Positions 37,101 through 52,100 of a DNA stretch of 64,000 nt are shown here, in pieces (within the stretch, counting starts at the first letter, position 1; each line of letters starts with the position of its first letter). The notes beneath the pieces are model-generated. The model made no database searches. It was not told where the DNA came from and worked only from the letters and a program-made list of their open reading frames with translations. Origin of the DNA: Antedon mediterranea. Taxonomy: Eukaryota > Animalia > Echinodermata. The translations under genes and the position numbers were made by a program. The DNA lies in contig NC_092680.1 in assembly GCF_964355755.1 (NCBI RefSeq), positions 8,928,001 through 8,992,000 of the forward strand, in the 5' to 3' direction.

Positions 37101-40100
37101 TTCATTAATATTAATTCTTTAGCCTGTAGATCAACTGTAGTGCATTCCTTTGTATCATTATTACTATACTTCACATGGTATATAGTTAGACCTGACATGG
37201 AAAAACAAAAATGTTAATTAAAAACAAAGTAAAATATAAATTATATTTATTCAATTGTAAATTAAACGAAGTTAACAATGAAAGAATAAACAGTATTCAC
37301 AATTAACTCAAACCGAACTTGTAGGTTAAATATTTATTCATTTATTGACTTTCACTGTACGTTACAGTATTGTCATTATATAAGAAGAACACAAACTAAA
37401 CAAATGAATTATAGAATGTAAACAATATATAAATGTTTTAAAAAAGGATATGAAAAGCATAAACAATAATATGCCAATATTGTTAGATAGAACCATCTAT
37501 GGTCTTATTACAGCACACTCTATTGTTTCATAAAACCTCCTGATTTCATTTTAAGGTTGATAAATATGTATATTCTGAACAATTTGACACCAAAAGCAAA
37601 TCTGTACGACAAGTGGTTGTCAAAATTTAAGAACCACACATTTTTAACCTTTGACCCCGATTTTGGGCATGTTCGTCCCGGATAGCAAATTTGGCACACA
37701 TTGTTGTTGTTGTTCGTTGGGGTCAAATTATCCTATAACAGTTGAGATATTCTCTCCTAAATTAAATGCATACAAATCTGACCCAGGTCCTAGACTATGA
37801 GAGGTTTCCGGCTATTACTTGCTCCTGGTAAACTATGTACTTTTTTTAACTTGCCGAATAAATTATTACTAATGAAAGTGTAAGTGTAGTAAAACACACT
37901 CTGAATAAAGAATAAAACATTCCGTCTTATGTTATGAGCCACCGATTATAAACTAAACAATTAGAATAACTGTAGTATAGAAACTCTGTTGAACTTTGCA
38001 ATGTTAAAAATGAGCAAACAAACATTCTTAACAATGTATAGGTTTGGTGAAGCCTTTGAGTATTGTTGTTAAGCACTCCTGCAGATCCTTTGTGCCATTG
38101 AAATTTATTATTAGGTCATTCATTATCATTCATAAACAACAACCTTCTGTGTGTTTACTCTGCCCAAAAAAGGGTTGGGGTATCAATTTAACTGTTTTTA
38201 ACAATTTGCCATAAATCAAGGGTTTTCTTAAATCTACATGTGTGATGTATTAACAATTACTATTAGCAACAAAGATAGTGTACATAAAACAGATTGCTAT
38301 CATATTGCATGAAATAAATTCCCAGGGCAGTTGAAATGTAGTTTAAAACATTTGGATACTCCATTTGTATGTTTATAAAATCTGTTATTACATAATTCAG
38401 ACTTATTATTCAATTCTGTACTCTATAGCATAATCTTAACTTAAATGAAGTGAACTACAAACATTACTATCAAGTTATAATAAATAACAGGTCTTACCTT
38501 CATCTGGCTGACAATCGTCCATGTCCATGCTGACTACGTACTACTGTATAAGGAAATAAATAGAAACTATATAGCAATATAATGTAATGTTATTATAGTC
38601 ACGCTTCACTGAATATGACAGAAATTTGATTTATCTTTGTACTTGTACAATATTATTTAAATAAAATTGTTATCCCCCATTGATATAAAGTTTGATGACT
38701 GTAAAAACAGGTAGTGTTTCTTCAATAGCTTCCATAATAAGATTTATTTCCATTATATACGATGGCAAAAATGTAAATTAAAAACAAAGGAGAATAGACA
38801 TAAGACATTAAAAATCTGCAAAAAGTATCTAATGTGCGGAGGCACTGCCAGAATGCATGAAAAGAGGTATTACCATAGTGTACCCTCATACTTTAATATT
38901 AACAATATCTTAACATTGTAGTGGGAGTCATAATATTATACTTAAGTGCAGATTATTCCTTTTTAATTGACATAAATGTATAATCACAAAAATTGTACTT
39001 ACCAATACCAGGGAGCCCTGCTAATACCTTAGAATATAAATGCAGACATTATGTAAAAGTGAATTCAGTAGCAAATAATGTATTACTATAAACAAGGAAA
39101 TGATGAGTGGTAAATACAGTAGCACTCATTCCAAGACAGCTGGATCAAAGATCAGTTTATAAAGGAAGTTGGTTATAGGTGGAACAAACAACCACCACCG
39201 CAACCACTCCCCCCCCCTCCCCCCCCTCCCTAAAAAAAATAAATTTAAAAAAATTACAATGTAAAAGATAGGACATTATGTTCAGTTTAGAAGTTCATTT
39301 TACTCTCCTATATTAAAATATCCTATATCTGCTGCTGTATATACAGTAATGCCAACTACAGTAGATTGCTTTAGTATTTTTTTTTAAAGGTTTGCATGGT
39401 GATTTCAATCACCAATTTGATTCCAAAAAGAAAATAATGGAAATGTTCGGATCATTTCAATAATGGAAATGTTCGGATCATTTCAATTAAATAGAAATGT
39501 TCGGATCATTTCAATTAAATGGAAATGTTCGGATCATTTCAATTGTTACTATTTTAAGGATCAAAAACCTTTATTTCCTTTTTAAGAGTCACATGGTGTA
39601 CCACCAACCTTACTTGACTATTGAATACATTCATCTGTTCTAATTCCAAAGTAGTTATTATGTATACCCAGAGAGCTACCATTTAACCCATACATTGCAT
39701 TATTAGTTGCAGTACTTCTTTTTGTGACATGATTACCATTAGCCTGTATTTTGATATATTACATAGCCTATGTAAATACGTGAACGTGATTGGTTGAAAC
39801 TGCATCACATGACTACCGCAGCGAGGATCGTAAATCGTATATATCCTCGAGAACGATGATATTGACTGAGTAATTTTCGCGTAATTATTGTGTCCTCTGT
39901 CATTAAACATATAAAATCCAGCAAATTCTCGAGTACGATGATATTGACTGTGTAATTTTCGTGTGGCAACACTCGCGTTTGTCGATAAATAAACAAAAAT
40001 CATCTACTGGGTTTTGAACTCGCGATGAAATTGTCACTCCATCACAAGACAATGCTTCATGCGCTGCGCCACGGAACTTGCTTGAAGAAATTAATCAACT

Positions 40101-43100
40101 AAAACTATTTAACTATGCATACATAGCGCCCTCATTTGTTATTAGTCCCCCCTAGATGTAATGAAAGACCGTTTGTGATTGGTTAATACTCACAGTAGTA
40201 ACCGGTACGCGCGCGACGCACTGAACATCCGGTGATTCGGCTCGATCGAAGAAGACGAATTATTATTTATTCGGCCTACCTGATAATAATATTAGTAATG
40301 TAGGCTTATTGATGGAATTTCTTCTGTTATTATTTAAACGACCTAGGCTAGTGAATATTTTAATCCCAAGGAATCATTAATTAGTAATTATCTGTATATT
40401 ATTCTTTAAAAGGTAAGGTGTCTGGGCAGCTTGTTTACATACAATACAAAAAGGAGGCCTAGCCTAGCTACCCGACCCAGCAGATATTCTACTTGTTGTT
40501 GGCTATGTAATAACAGATATCGCCTGTTCTCGGGAATCATATTTTTTTTCCTCAGCTGGTGCTTCGGGATATATATTCCCTCGAACATAATATCATTCTC
40601 TCTGGGATGTCAAATCTTGTATTTAACCTCTAAGCAGTCAATATCTGTGTAATATAACTGCAGTTATTTATTTGTCACATGGATGGTCAACATTAGCCTG
40701 TATCTTGATATATAACTACAGTTATTTATTTGTCACATGGTCAACATTAGCCTGTATCTTGATATATAACTGCAGTTATTTATTTGTCACATGGTCAACA
40801 TTAGCCTGTATCTTGATATATAACTGCAGTTATTTAATTGTCACATGGTCAACATTAGCCTGTATCTTGATTTATAACTGCAGTTATTTAATTGTCATAT
40901 GGTCGAACATTAGCCTGTCTCTTGATATATAACTGCAGTTATTTAATTGTCACATGGCAACATTAGCCTGTATATTGATATATAACTGCAGTTATTTAAT
41001 TGTCACATGGACAACATTAGCCTGTATCTTGATATATAACTGCAGTTATTTAATTGTCATATGGTCAACATTAGCCTGTCTCTTGATATATAACTGCAGT
41101 TATTTAATTGTCACATGGCAACATTAGCCTGTACCTTGATATATAACTGCAGTTATTTAATTGTCACATTGTCAACATTAGTCTGTATCTTGATATATAA
41201 CTGCAGTTATTTAATTGTCACATGGTCAACATTAGCCTGTATCTTGATATATAACTGCAGTTATTTAATTGTTACATGGTCAACATTAGCCTGTATCTTG
41301 ATATATAACTGCAGTTATTTAATTGTCACATGGCAACATTAGCCTGTATCTTGATATATAACTGCAGTTATTTATTTGTCACATGGTCAACATTAGCCTG
41401 TATCATGATATATAACTGCAGTTATTTATTTGTCACATGGTCAGCATCAGCCTGTATATTGATATATAACTGCAGTTATTTTTTGTCACATGGTCAACAT
41501 TAGCCTGTATCTTGATATATAACTGCAGTTATTTAATTGTCACATGGTCAGCATCAGCCTGTATATTGATATATAACTGCAGTTATTTATTTGTCACATG
41601 GTCAACATTAGCCTGTATATTGATATATAACTGCAGTTATTTATTTGTCACATGGTCAACATTAGCCTGTATCTTGATATATAACTGCAGTTATTTAATT
41701 GTCACATGGTCAGCATCAGCCTGTATATTGATATATAACTGCAGTTATTTATTTGTCACATGGTCAACATTAGCCTGTATATTGATATATAACTGCAGTT
41801 ATTTAATTGTCACATGGTCAGCATCAGCCTGTATATTGATATATAACTGCAGTTATTTATTTGTCACATGGTCAACATTAGCCTGTTTATTGATATATAA
41901 CTGCAGTTATTTAATTGTCACATGGTCAACATTAGCCTGTATATTGATATATAACTGCAGTTATTTAATTGTCACATGGTCAACATTAGCCTGTATATTG
42001 ATATATAACTGCAGTTATTTAATTGTCACATGATCAACATTAGCCTGTATCTTGATATATAACTGCAGTTATTTAATTGTCACATGGTCAACATTAGCCT
42101 GTATATTGATATATAACTGCAGTTATTTATTTGTCACATGGTCAACATTAGCCTGTATATTGATATATAACTGTAGTTATTTAATTGTCACATGGTCAGC
42201 ATCAGCCTGTATATTGATATATAACTGCAGTTATTTAATTGTCACATGGTCAACATTAGCCTGTATATTGATATATAACTGCAGTTATTTAATTGTCACA
42301 TGGTCAACATTAGCCTGTATATTGATATATAACTGCAGTTATTTAATTGTCACATGATCAACATTAGCCTGTATCTTGATATATAACTGCAGTTATTTAA
42401 TTGTCACATGGTCAACATTAGCCTGTATATTGATATATAACTGCAGTTATTTAATTGTCACATGGTCAACATTAGCCTGTATATTGATATATAACTGCAG
42501 TTATTTAATTGTCACATGGTCAACATTAGCCTGTATATTGATATATAACTGCAGTTATTTAATTGTCACATGGTCAACATTAGCCTGTATATTGATATAT
42601 AACTGCAGTTATTTAATTGTCACATGGTCAACATTAGCCTGTATATTGATATATAACTGCAGTTATTTAATTGTCACATGGTCAACATTAGCCTGTATAT
42701 TGATATATAACTGCAGTTATTTAATTGTCACATGGTCAGCATCAGCCTGTATATTGATATATAACTGCAGTTATTTAATTGTCACATGGTCAACATCAGC
42801 CTGTTTATTGATATATAACTGCAGTTATTTAATTACATTATTCGTATGTATTAAGATATAAGTACTTAATTTGATAGCCTCTTCATGTATTTTCTTTTCC
42901 TTACAGGATTATGGAGCATTTTTTACATTGTTACAACACTTATCTCATATTCTAGCAGCTTCTACTTCCCTTCATGATGTCTTTATTATTTCCGTGCAGT
43001 CTGCATTCAATGATGTACTAATGCATGTGTATAAGGTATGTATAAACACAAAAAAGAAGAAAAAAGACAAACAGTACAAATTGAAATTCCATTCCATGGT

Positions 43101-46100
43101 TTAGTGATAAAAGCACTTTTTCGTAGCAAGAGTATCACATGTTCAATTCTTTATTTATTTTATTCTTTATATCAAACCAACAGTGTAAAACACCAATAAC
43201 AGGTTGAAAATAAAAACTAAACTATAAAATATGAGCCAATATAAATACTGTATATACAAATGAAAAAGAAAATTTAAATAATTTCAACAAGTGGTCATAT
43301 CATTATGCAGATTTAAAAAAAAAAGAAGGTTGAAAATCATGTTGCTAATAAATAGAACAAGTAATATCAGGGAAGAATACAATTTCTCTCTTCCTTGGTA
43401 ATATCTACTTGTATTATATCATCTAGCAGTTACCTGTTTAATAGACGGGCACCATCTTATAATTATTTTAGGATTCAGGAATCAAAAAGATAGTATGTTA
43501 ATATAGTAATTATACACAAATCTGTAAATGGATGTATAGTGACAAGAGGTATACATTATGCAGCATTATACTACAGTATTCGTCTTTTATTAAATGGATG
43601 TATAGTGACAAGAGGTATACATTATGCAGCATTATACTACAGTATTCGTCTTTTATTAAATGGATGTATAGTGACAAGAGGTATACATTATGCAGCATTA
43701 TACTACAGTATTCGTCTGTTATTAAATGGATGTATAGTGACAAGAGGTATACATTATGCAGCATTATACTACAGTATTCGTCTGTTATTAAATGGATGTA
43801 TAGTGATGAGAGGTATACATTATGCAGCATTATACTACAGTATTCGTCTTTTATTAAATGGATGTATAGTGACAAGAGGTATACATTATGCAGCATTATA
43901 CTACAGTATTCGTCTGTTATTAAATGGATGTATAGTGACAAGAGGTATACATTATGCAGCATTATACTACAGTATTCGTCTTTTATTAAATGGATGTATA
44001 GTGACGAGAGGTATACATTATGCAGCATTATACTACAGTATTCGTCTGTTATTAAATGGATGTATAGTGACAAGAGGTATACATTATGCAGCATTATACT
44101 ACAGTATTCGTCTGTTATTAAATGGATGTATAGTGATGAGAGGTATACATTATGCAGCATTATACTACAGTATTCGTCTTTTATTAAATGGATGTATAGT
44201 GACAAGAGGTATACATTATGCAGCATTATACTACAGTATTCGTCTGTTATTAAATGGATGTATAGTGATGAGAGGTATACATTATGCAGCATTATACTAC
44301 AGTATTCGTCTGTTATTAAATGGATGTATAGTGATGAGAGGTATACATTATGCAGCATTATACTACAGTATTCGTCTTTTATTAAATGGATGTATAGTGA
44401 CAAGAGGTATACATTATGCAGCATTATACTACAGTATTCGTCTGTTATTAAATGGATGTATAGTGACAAGAGGTATACATTATGCAGCATTATACTACAG
44501 TATTCGTCTTTTATTAAATGGATGTATAGTGACGAGAGGTATACATTATGCAGCATTATACTACAGTATTCGTCTGTTATTAAATGGATGTATAGTGACA
44601 AGAGGTATACATTATGCAGCATTATACTACAGTATTCGTCTGTTATTAAATGGATGTATAGTGATGAGAGGTATACATTATGCAGCATTATACTACAGTA
44701 TTCGTCTTTTATTAAATGGATGTATAGTGACAAGAGGTATACATTATGCAGCATTATACTACAGTATTCGTCTGTTATTAAATGGATGTATAGTGACAAG
44801 AGGTATACATTATGCAGCATTATACTACAGTATTCGTCTGTTATTAAATGGATGTATAGTGATGAGAGGTATACATTATGCAGCATTATACTACAGTATT
44901 CGTCTGTTATTAAATGGATGTATAGTGACAAGAGGTATACATTATGCAGCATTATACTACAGTATTCGTCTGTTATTAAATGGATGTATAGTGATGAGAG
45001 GTATACATTATGCAGCATTATACTACAGTATTCGTCTGTTATTAAATGGATGTATAGTGATGAGAGTTATACATTATGCAGCATTATACTACAGTATTCG
45101 TCTGTTATTAAATGGATGTATAGTGATGAGAGTTATACATTATGCAGCATTATACTACAGTATTCGTCTTTTATTAAATGGATGTATAGTGATGAGAGTT
45201 ATACATTATGCAGCATTATACTACAGTATTCGTCTGTTATTAAATGGATGTATAGTGATGAGAGTTATACATTATGCAGCATTATACTACAGTATTCGTC
45301 TTTTATTAAATGGATGTATAGTGACAAGAGGTATACATTATGCAGCATTATACTACAGTATTCGTCTGTTATTAAATGGATGTATAGTGATGAGAGTTAT
45401 ACATTATGCAGCATTATACTACAGTATTCGTCTGTTATTAAATGGATGTATAGTGATGAGAGGTATACATTATGCAGCATTATACTACAGTATTCGTCTT
45501 TTATTAAATGGATGTATAGTGATGAGAGTTATACATTATGCAGCATTATACTACAGTATTCGTCTGTTATTAAATGGATGTATAGTGACAAGAGGTATAC
45601 ATTATGCAGCATTATACTACAGTATTCGTCTTTTATTAAATGGATGTATAGTGACAAGAGGTATACATTATGCAGCATTATACTACAGTATTCGTCTGTT
45701 ATTAAATGGATGTATAGTGACAAGAGGTATACATTATGCAGCATTATACTACAGTATTCGTCTTTTATTAAATGGATGTATAGTGATGAGAGGTATACAT
45801 TATGCAGCATTATACTACAGTATTCGTCTTTTATTAAATGGATGTATAGTGACAAGAGGTATACATTATGCAGCATTATACTACAGTATTCGTCTGTTAT
45901 TAAATGGATGTATAGTGACAAGAGGTATACATTATGCAGCATTATACTACAGTATTCGTCTGTTATTAAATGGATGTATAGTGACAAGAGGTATACATTA
46001 TGCAGCATTATACTACAGTATTCGTCTTTTATTAAATGGATGTATAGTGATGAGAGGTATACATTATGCAGCATTATACTACAGTATTCGTCTTTTATTA

Positions 46101-49100
46101 AATGGATGTATAGTGACAAGAGGTATACATTATGCAGCATTATACTACAGTATTCGTCTGTTATTAAATGGATGTATAGTGACAAGAGGTATACATTATG
46201 CAGCATTATACTACAGTATTCGTCTTTTATTAAATGGATGTATAGTGACAAGAGGTATACATTATGCAGCATTATACTACAGTATTCGTCTGTTATTAAA
46301 TGGATGTATAGTGACAAGAGGTATACATTATGCAGCATTATACTACAGTATTCGTCTTTTATTAAATGGATGTATAGTGACAAGAGGTATACATTATGCA
46401 GCATTATACTACAGTATTCGTCTGTTATTAAATGGATGTATAGTGACAAGAGGTATACATTATGCAGCATTATACTACAGTATTCGTCTGTTATTAAATG
46501 GATGTATAGTGATGAGAGGTATACATTATGCAGCATTATACTACAGTATTCGTCTTTTATTAAATGGATGTATAGTGACGAGAGGTATACATTATGCAGC
46601 ATTATACTACAGTATTCGTCTGTTATTAAATGGATGTATAGTGATGAGAGGTATACATTATGCAGCATTATACTACAGTATTCGTCTTTTATTAAATGGA
46701 TGTATAGTGATGAGAGGTATACATTATGCAGCATTATACTACAGTATTCGTCTGTTATTAAATGGATGTATAGTGATGAGAGGTATACATTATGCAGCAT
46801 TATACTACAGTATTCGTCTTTTATTAAATGGATGTATAGTGACAAGAGGTATACATTATGCAGCATTATACTACAGTATTCGTCTTTTATTAAATGGATG
46901 TATAGTGACAAGAGGTATACATTATGCAGCATTATACTACAGTATTCGTCTGTTATTAAATGGATGTATAGTGACGAGAGGTATACATTATGCAGCATTA
47001 TACTACAGTATTCGTCTGTTATTAAATGGATGTATAGTGACAAGAGGTATACATTATGCAGCATTATACTACAGTATTCGTCTGTTATTAAATGGATGTA
47101 TAGTGATGAGAGGTATACATTATGCAGCATTATACTACAGTATTCGTCTGTTATTAAATGGATGTATAGTGACGAGAGGTATACATTATGCAGCATTATA
47201 CTACAGTATTCGTCTGTTATTAAATGGATGTATAGTGACAAGAGGTATACATTATGCAGCATTATACTACAGTATTCGTCTGTTATTAAATGGATGTATA
47301 GTGACAAGAGGTATACATTATGCAGCATTATACTACAGTATTCGTCTGTTATTAAATGGATGTATAGTGATGAGAGGTATACATTATGCAGCATTATACT
47401 ACAGTATTCGTCTTTTATTAAATGGATGTATAGTGATGAGAGGTATACATTATGCAGCATTATACTACAGTATTCGTCTGTTATTAAATGGATGTATAGT
47501 GATGAGAGGTATACATTATGCAGCATTATACTACAGTATTCGTCTGTTATTAAATGGATGTATAGTGATGAGAGGTATACATTATGCAGCATTATACTAC
47601 AGTATTCGTCTGTTATTAAATGGATGTATAGTGATGAGAGGTATACATTATGCAGCATTATACTACAGTATTCGTCTGTTATTAAATGGATGTATAGTGA
47701 TGAGAGGTATACATTATGCAGCATTATACTACAGTATTCGTCTTTTATTAAATGGATGTATAGTGATGAGAGGTATACATTATGCAGCATTATACTACAG
47801 TATTCGTCTGTTATTAAATGGATGTATAGTGACAAGAGGTATACATTATGCAGCATTATACTACAGTATTCGTCTTTTATTAAATGGATGTATAGTGATG
47901 AGAGGTATACATTATGCAGCATTATACTACAGTATTCGTCTGTTATTAAATGGATGTATAGTGACAAGAGGTATACATTATGCAGCATTATACTACAGTA
48001 TTCGTCTTTTATTAAATGGATGTATAGTGACGAGAGGTATACATTATGCAGCATTATACTACAGTATTCGTCTTTTATTAAATGGATGTATAGTGACGAG
48101 AGGTATACATTATGCAGCATTATACTACAGTATTCGTCTTTTATTAAATGGATGTATAGTGACAAGAGGTATACATTATGCAGCATTATACTACAGTATT
48201 CGTCTTTTATTAAATGGATGTATAGTGACAAGAGGTATACATTATGCAGCATTATACTACAGTATTCGTCTTTTATTCAGTGTCTATTTTTATTTAATTC
48301 TAAAAGCAAGCAATTTTAAATGGACATTTGCATCTTTGTTCTTGTTTTGTTTGTTTAAGTATATTAAAATAATAGACGTTTATTAATTAATATTATTATG
48401 TCAGTTATTATTATTATTATAAGTTTGGTATATGACACATAATACTATATTTCATAGTCTCCTGGTAAATTGTTATGTTTTGTAAAAGCTTCCAAAGTAT
48501 GTTTTGTCATTTCCAAACTGGAGAACAGTGACTTAGTTGAATCTGGTTAAATATTTTAGCAGTATCCTGTTGTTCAGTTGAATGTCTTTGATTTGTGGTA
48601 AACATTGTTGGTTTGTCTTTAAGATGAACAACACTGTATGTTTTCTGGTGGTGTAGGCCTAATTAGAAAGAAGTAAATATGATTGCAACTTCATGCTCCT
48701 TGTTTGTACCTACTTGTAGGCCTACACCCCTTAAAAAGAAATTATATAAAACGAACAATTAAAAATCCCCCAAAAAATAACAAAACATAATGTTAGCATA
48801 ATGTACTTCACAATATTTCATATCATAAAAACCTATTGGGAGCTAATGAAATTAGAAGCCTCTCTTATTTAGTCAGACTTTATTGACCTAAAGTGGGCCG
48901 ATTCGTCCCGTCAAACCTGGGCCGAATCATCCCACATTCAGCTATTGCCTATAGCAGCTTAGAAATAGTAATTACAGTAGTAAGAAACATAACCTAGCCT
49001 AGTGGTATCACTGCATTTGGTGTTTGTAAAAATGGTAAATAAAAAGGATGCTCAATCTTAGTTGGCAGGAGCGGTGTGCATGACGTAGAAATGGCAAGAA

Positions 49101-52100
49101 TACAGTTTTGTTCTTACCGCCCCGGTTTTCATTTGAAATGGCGCAAGGCAGCATTGCTGCTATACTATAGCTACAGCTGCGCTGATTACATGTGCTGCTG
49201 TCTCAATATTGCTAATGACCCGAGGGTTTTATTGTGACGTAGGAAAATGGCCAATAATTACCGATAACGGCATTCAGCAGTTGCAAATAAATTGGGCCTA
49301 AAAACACATTTTTCGTACAAATTTTCCGTTCTAATATAGACTAATGCATAAAGGGGTATTAAAACCTGTCCCAGCTTGAATGGCGTTAATATCGGACTTT
49401 CGGATTAAGTGAGATAGAGAAACAAATTTTGGCTTAGTGCTATATAGATAATGATGTAAACGGAACAATTAGATATTAATTATGTGTACAATCATTGTAT
49501 GTAAACAATGACAATATTTCCTGTTTTGACTGATTTGTAAACAGAAATAAAAACTCAGAAAGTAGAAATGTTACTACATGTACTTCTGCTATTACAGACT
49601 TCTTGACAAAAAAATAAATTTTTAAAAAAAGTCAGTAGTTTTGTATTCATTATCAATCATTCTGGACATACGTTTTTTTCTGAGCGTGCATGATTTTCTG
49701 ATTTTGTTGTTGTTGGGTCATTAAGGCCATCATGTTGTGTTTTGACACTCATGCGGTCATGGAAAACTAGGGAATTTTTGTTGTTTATGAGTCATTGATT
49801 TGTTCATAATATTGTGTTTAAATATAAACAAGTCGATGATCAAAAAGGAATCAATTACCATAATTGACTTCTGCTATTGAAATTTCACTTTAATGTTGTG
49901 CTACTTTCTCTTTTTGCTACTCATTTTCGAATGAGAAAATGAAAAAGCAAACAACTTTAATAGTGAAATTGACATCATTATGCGACCATTGCCTTTGAAG
50001 TACTTTCTAGTACACATTTCATAAAGCCAATAATAAATATAGTTTAAATGTATAATATCTGCTGTAGAAATTAATATGATTTGTTTTTATTATCTATTCC
50101 AAGACAAAGCATACTGAAGGGTGTGATACCGCCAACAACTGTTTACAGGCTTTGAGTTTGTCTAGCTACTGTTCTGGGGTGTTACTACAACTACATCAAA
50201 CCCATTATGAGGGTAAAGAAAGGTAAGAAAGTACATAGTGGTATGAATCTTGGAGTATACTATTTATTTGAAACTAATTACAACTAAATATATTTTTGTG
50301 TGTAAAATGAAATTTAATAAGAAGGTAATAAAATATACACAATATTATTTAAAAAACAGTTGCGAATTAAAGTTGTAATTTATTCTGACTTGTTAAGCCT
50401 CCACTGATTGTGAGGGCGTTTGTTGTATGAGAAAATGTATCTGGTGGTGAAAATCTGTGAAAATACCATATATGACTCTGTGGTCTAGTGGTATGATACT
50501 CGCCCTGTAAGCGAGAGGTTGCAGGTTCGAATCCTGCCAGAGACATTTTTTTTATACAAATAAGAAGTACAGAACTTTCACCAATGAGCTATTATGAGAT
50601 CATGTTCCGAATATGAGCACTGTTTCTATAATTTACATTACTAGGTCGTGCCCACAGATGGTTCTCGAATACATAATAATTTCAGCGTTAAAAAACTGGC
50701 GATTTCAAATGTACGTACCGCAGGACAATAATACATGTCGTTTACAGGAACGAATAAATAGACACTGTGATTTATGTACTGAACTAAAATTAGCACCCTG
50801 GGAATTAATTCCGAAAGAGAAACTTGTCACAAAATGAGACCAATTGTTTAAGTCAAATTTAAACAAACTTAATTTGTGTTTTGTATGTAACATTAGGGTT
50901 GAGGGATGGGAAAGAGGATGGGTGCAAAGAGGAACAATTTTTAAATATATTCTTTATCCATGTAGTAACGAAATATTAATTGTTTTCTTGTTTTACATAA
51001 CATACCACTAAACACAGTAAAACATTGCGATGTAATACTTTGTTGAAACTATCACCGTCCTAGTCGATTGAAATAGTATAGTACATGTAACGATACATCA
51101 CTACGACGTGTATAATATGTTTATATAATGTAAAACAATTTGTGAAAACCACCCCTATTCGTGGCAAATCATAAATTCGAGTAATAAATATTAAATTATC
51201 TAACTCAACTTGTTTCTTAGAGCCAATTCATACTTAAGTTGGTTCCTAACCCTACCCACCAAAGTTGTTCTGTGTTTAGGGCATGTGATGCACCGTAGGC
51301 CTATCCTCTACTGGCTTTACAACGCTACTCATGCCAGTGAGGGAAGGGTGATGATGTCACGTGGGTGGTTTAACTGCAATAATAAAGATTTGTACATAAT
51401 ATACGGCGACTGAAAACGCTAGCTCATTATCCGTTAAAAAATATCTATATCCAACCTCTGCAGCACAGATTGAAAAAAAAAATGGATCGAATTTTGAGTA
51501 TACAGTACTTGCCTTTACGACGCCTAAGGGAATAGACACTTGTGGAACAGAGATTGGAATGTTCCATTCATTTCAAATCAATACATTTGCATAAACGTAT
51601 ATTAAATCTATCAAAATAGTATTTTTTTAAAGAAAATCGGCCTGTTTTCAACATTATGATACTGTACTCGAGCTGTTCAACCGGTTTTCAGCTATTAAAA
51701 ACAATTATCGTAGGAGGATATAGGAAAATGCGAAGCCTCCTCGCATTTTTGTGGCGGGTATTTTTCAAGATGGACATCCATTAGACAGTGTATACCACGA
51801 TCGGAAAACACCCCTATTTGGGGCAAATTGTTGAACCTAAATTTGTTTTAATCGTCAATAACTAATTATCTAACTTAATTTAATTAGTAAACAGGGTTAC
51901 ATCAGGCGGTTAATAAAATCAGTACCGAAAGTACGAACCAACTTTATATACCATCGAGTAAAAATTCTAAAAGTTACAGTAAGGCGCGATTTACCGAATT
52001 TTGCCCTTACGTAAATTTATATATAGATGACAGGCCCGTATGCAGCATTTATAATGGGGGGGTGCGAGCGAAGCGAGCAACAATGGCTGGGGGCCAGGGG

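Noticed and set aside
37192-37198. ATG at 37198 as start of the PTB gene
   Set aside because: It lies in the polypyrimidine/CAG acceptor; a phase-compatible upstream exon supplies the start at 38528.
40672-42861. Repetitive hydrophobic ORFs (IYNCSYLIVTWSTLAC)
   Set aside because: 54-bp minisatellite with frameshifting indels and stops.
43510-48386. 502-1615-aa ORFs on both strands
   Set aside because: Translations of a 66-bp (22-codon) minisatellite inside an intron; no unique domain, and several overlapping frames are open.
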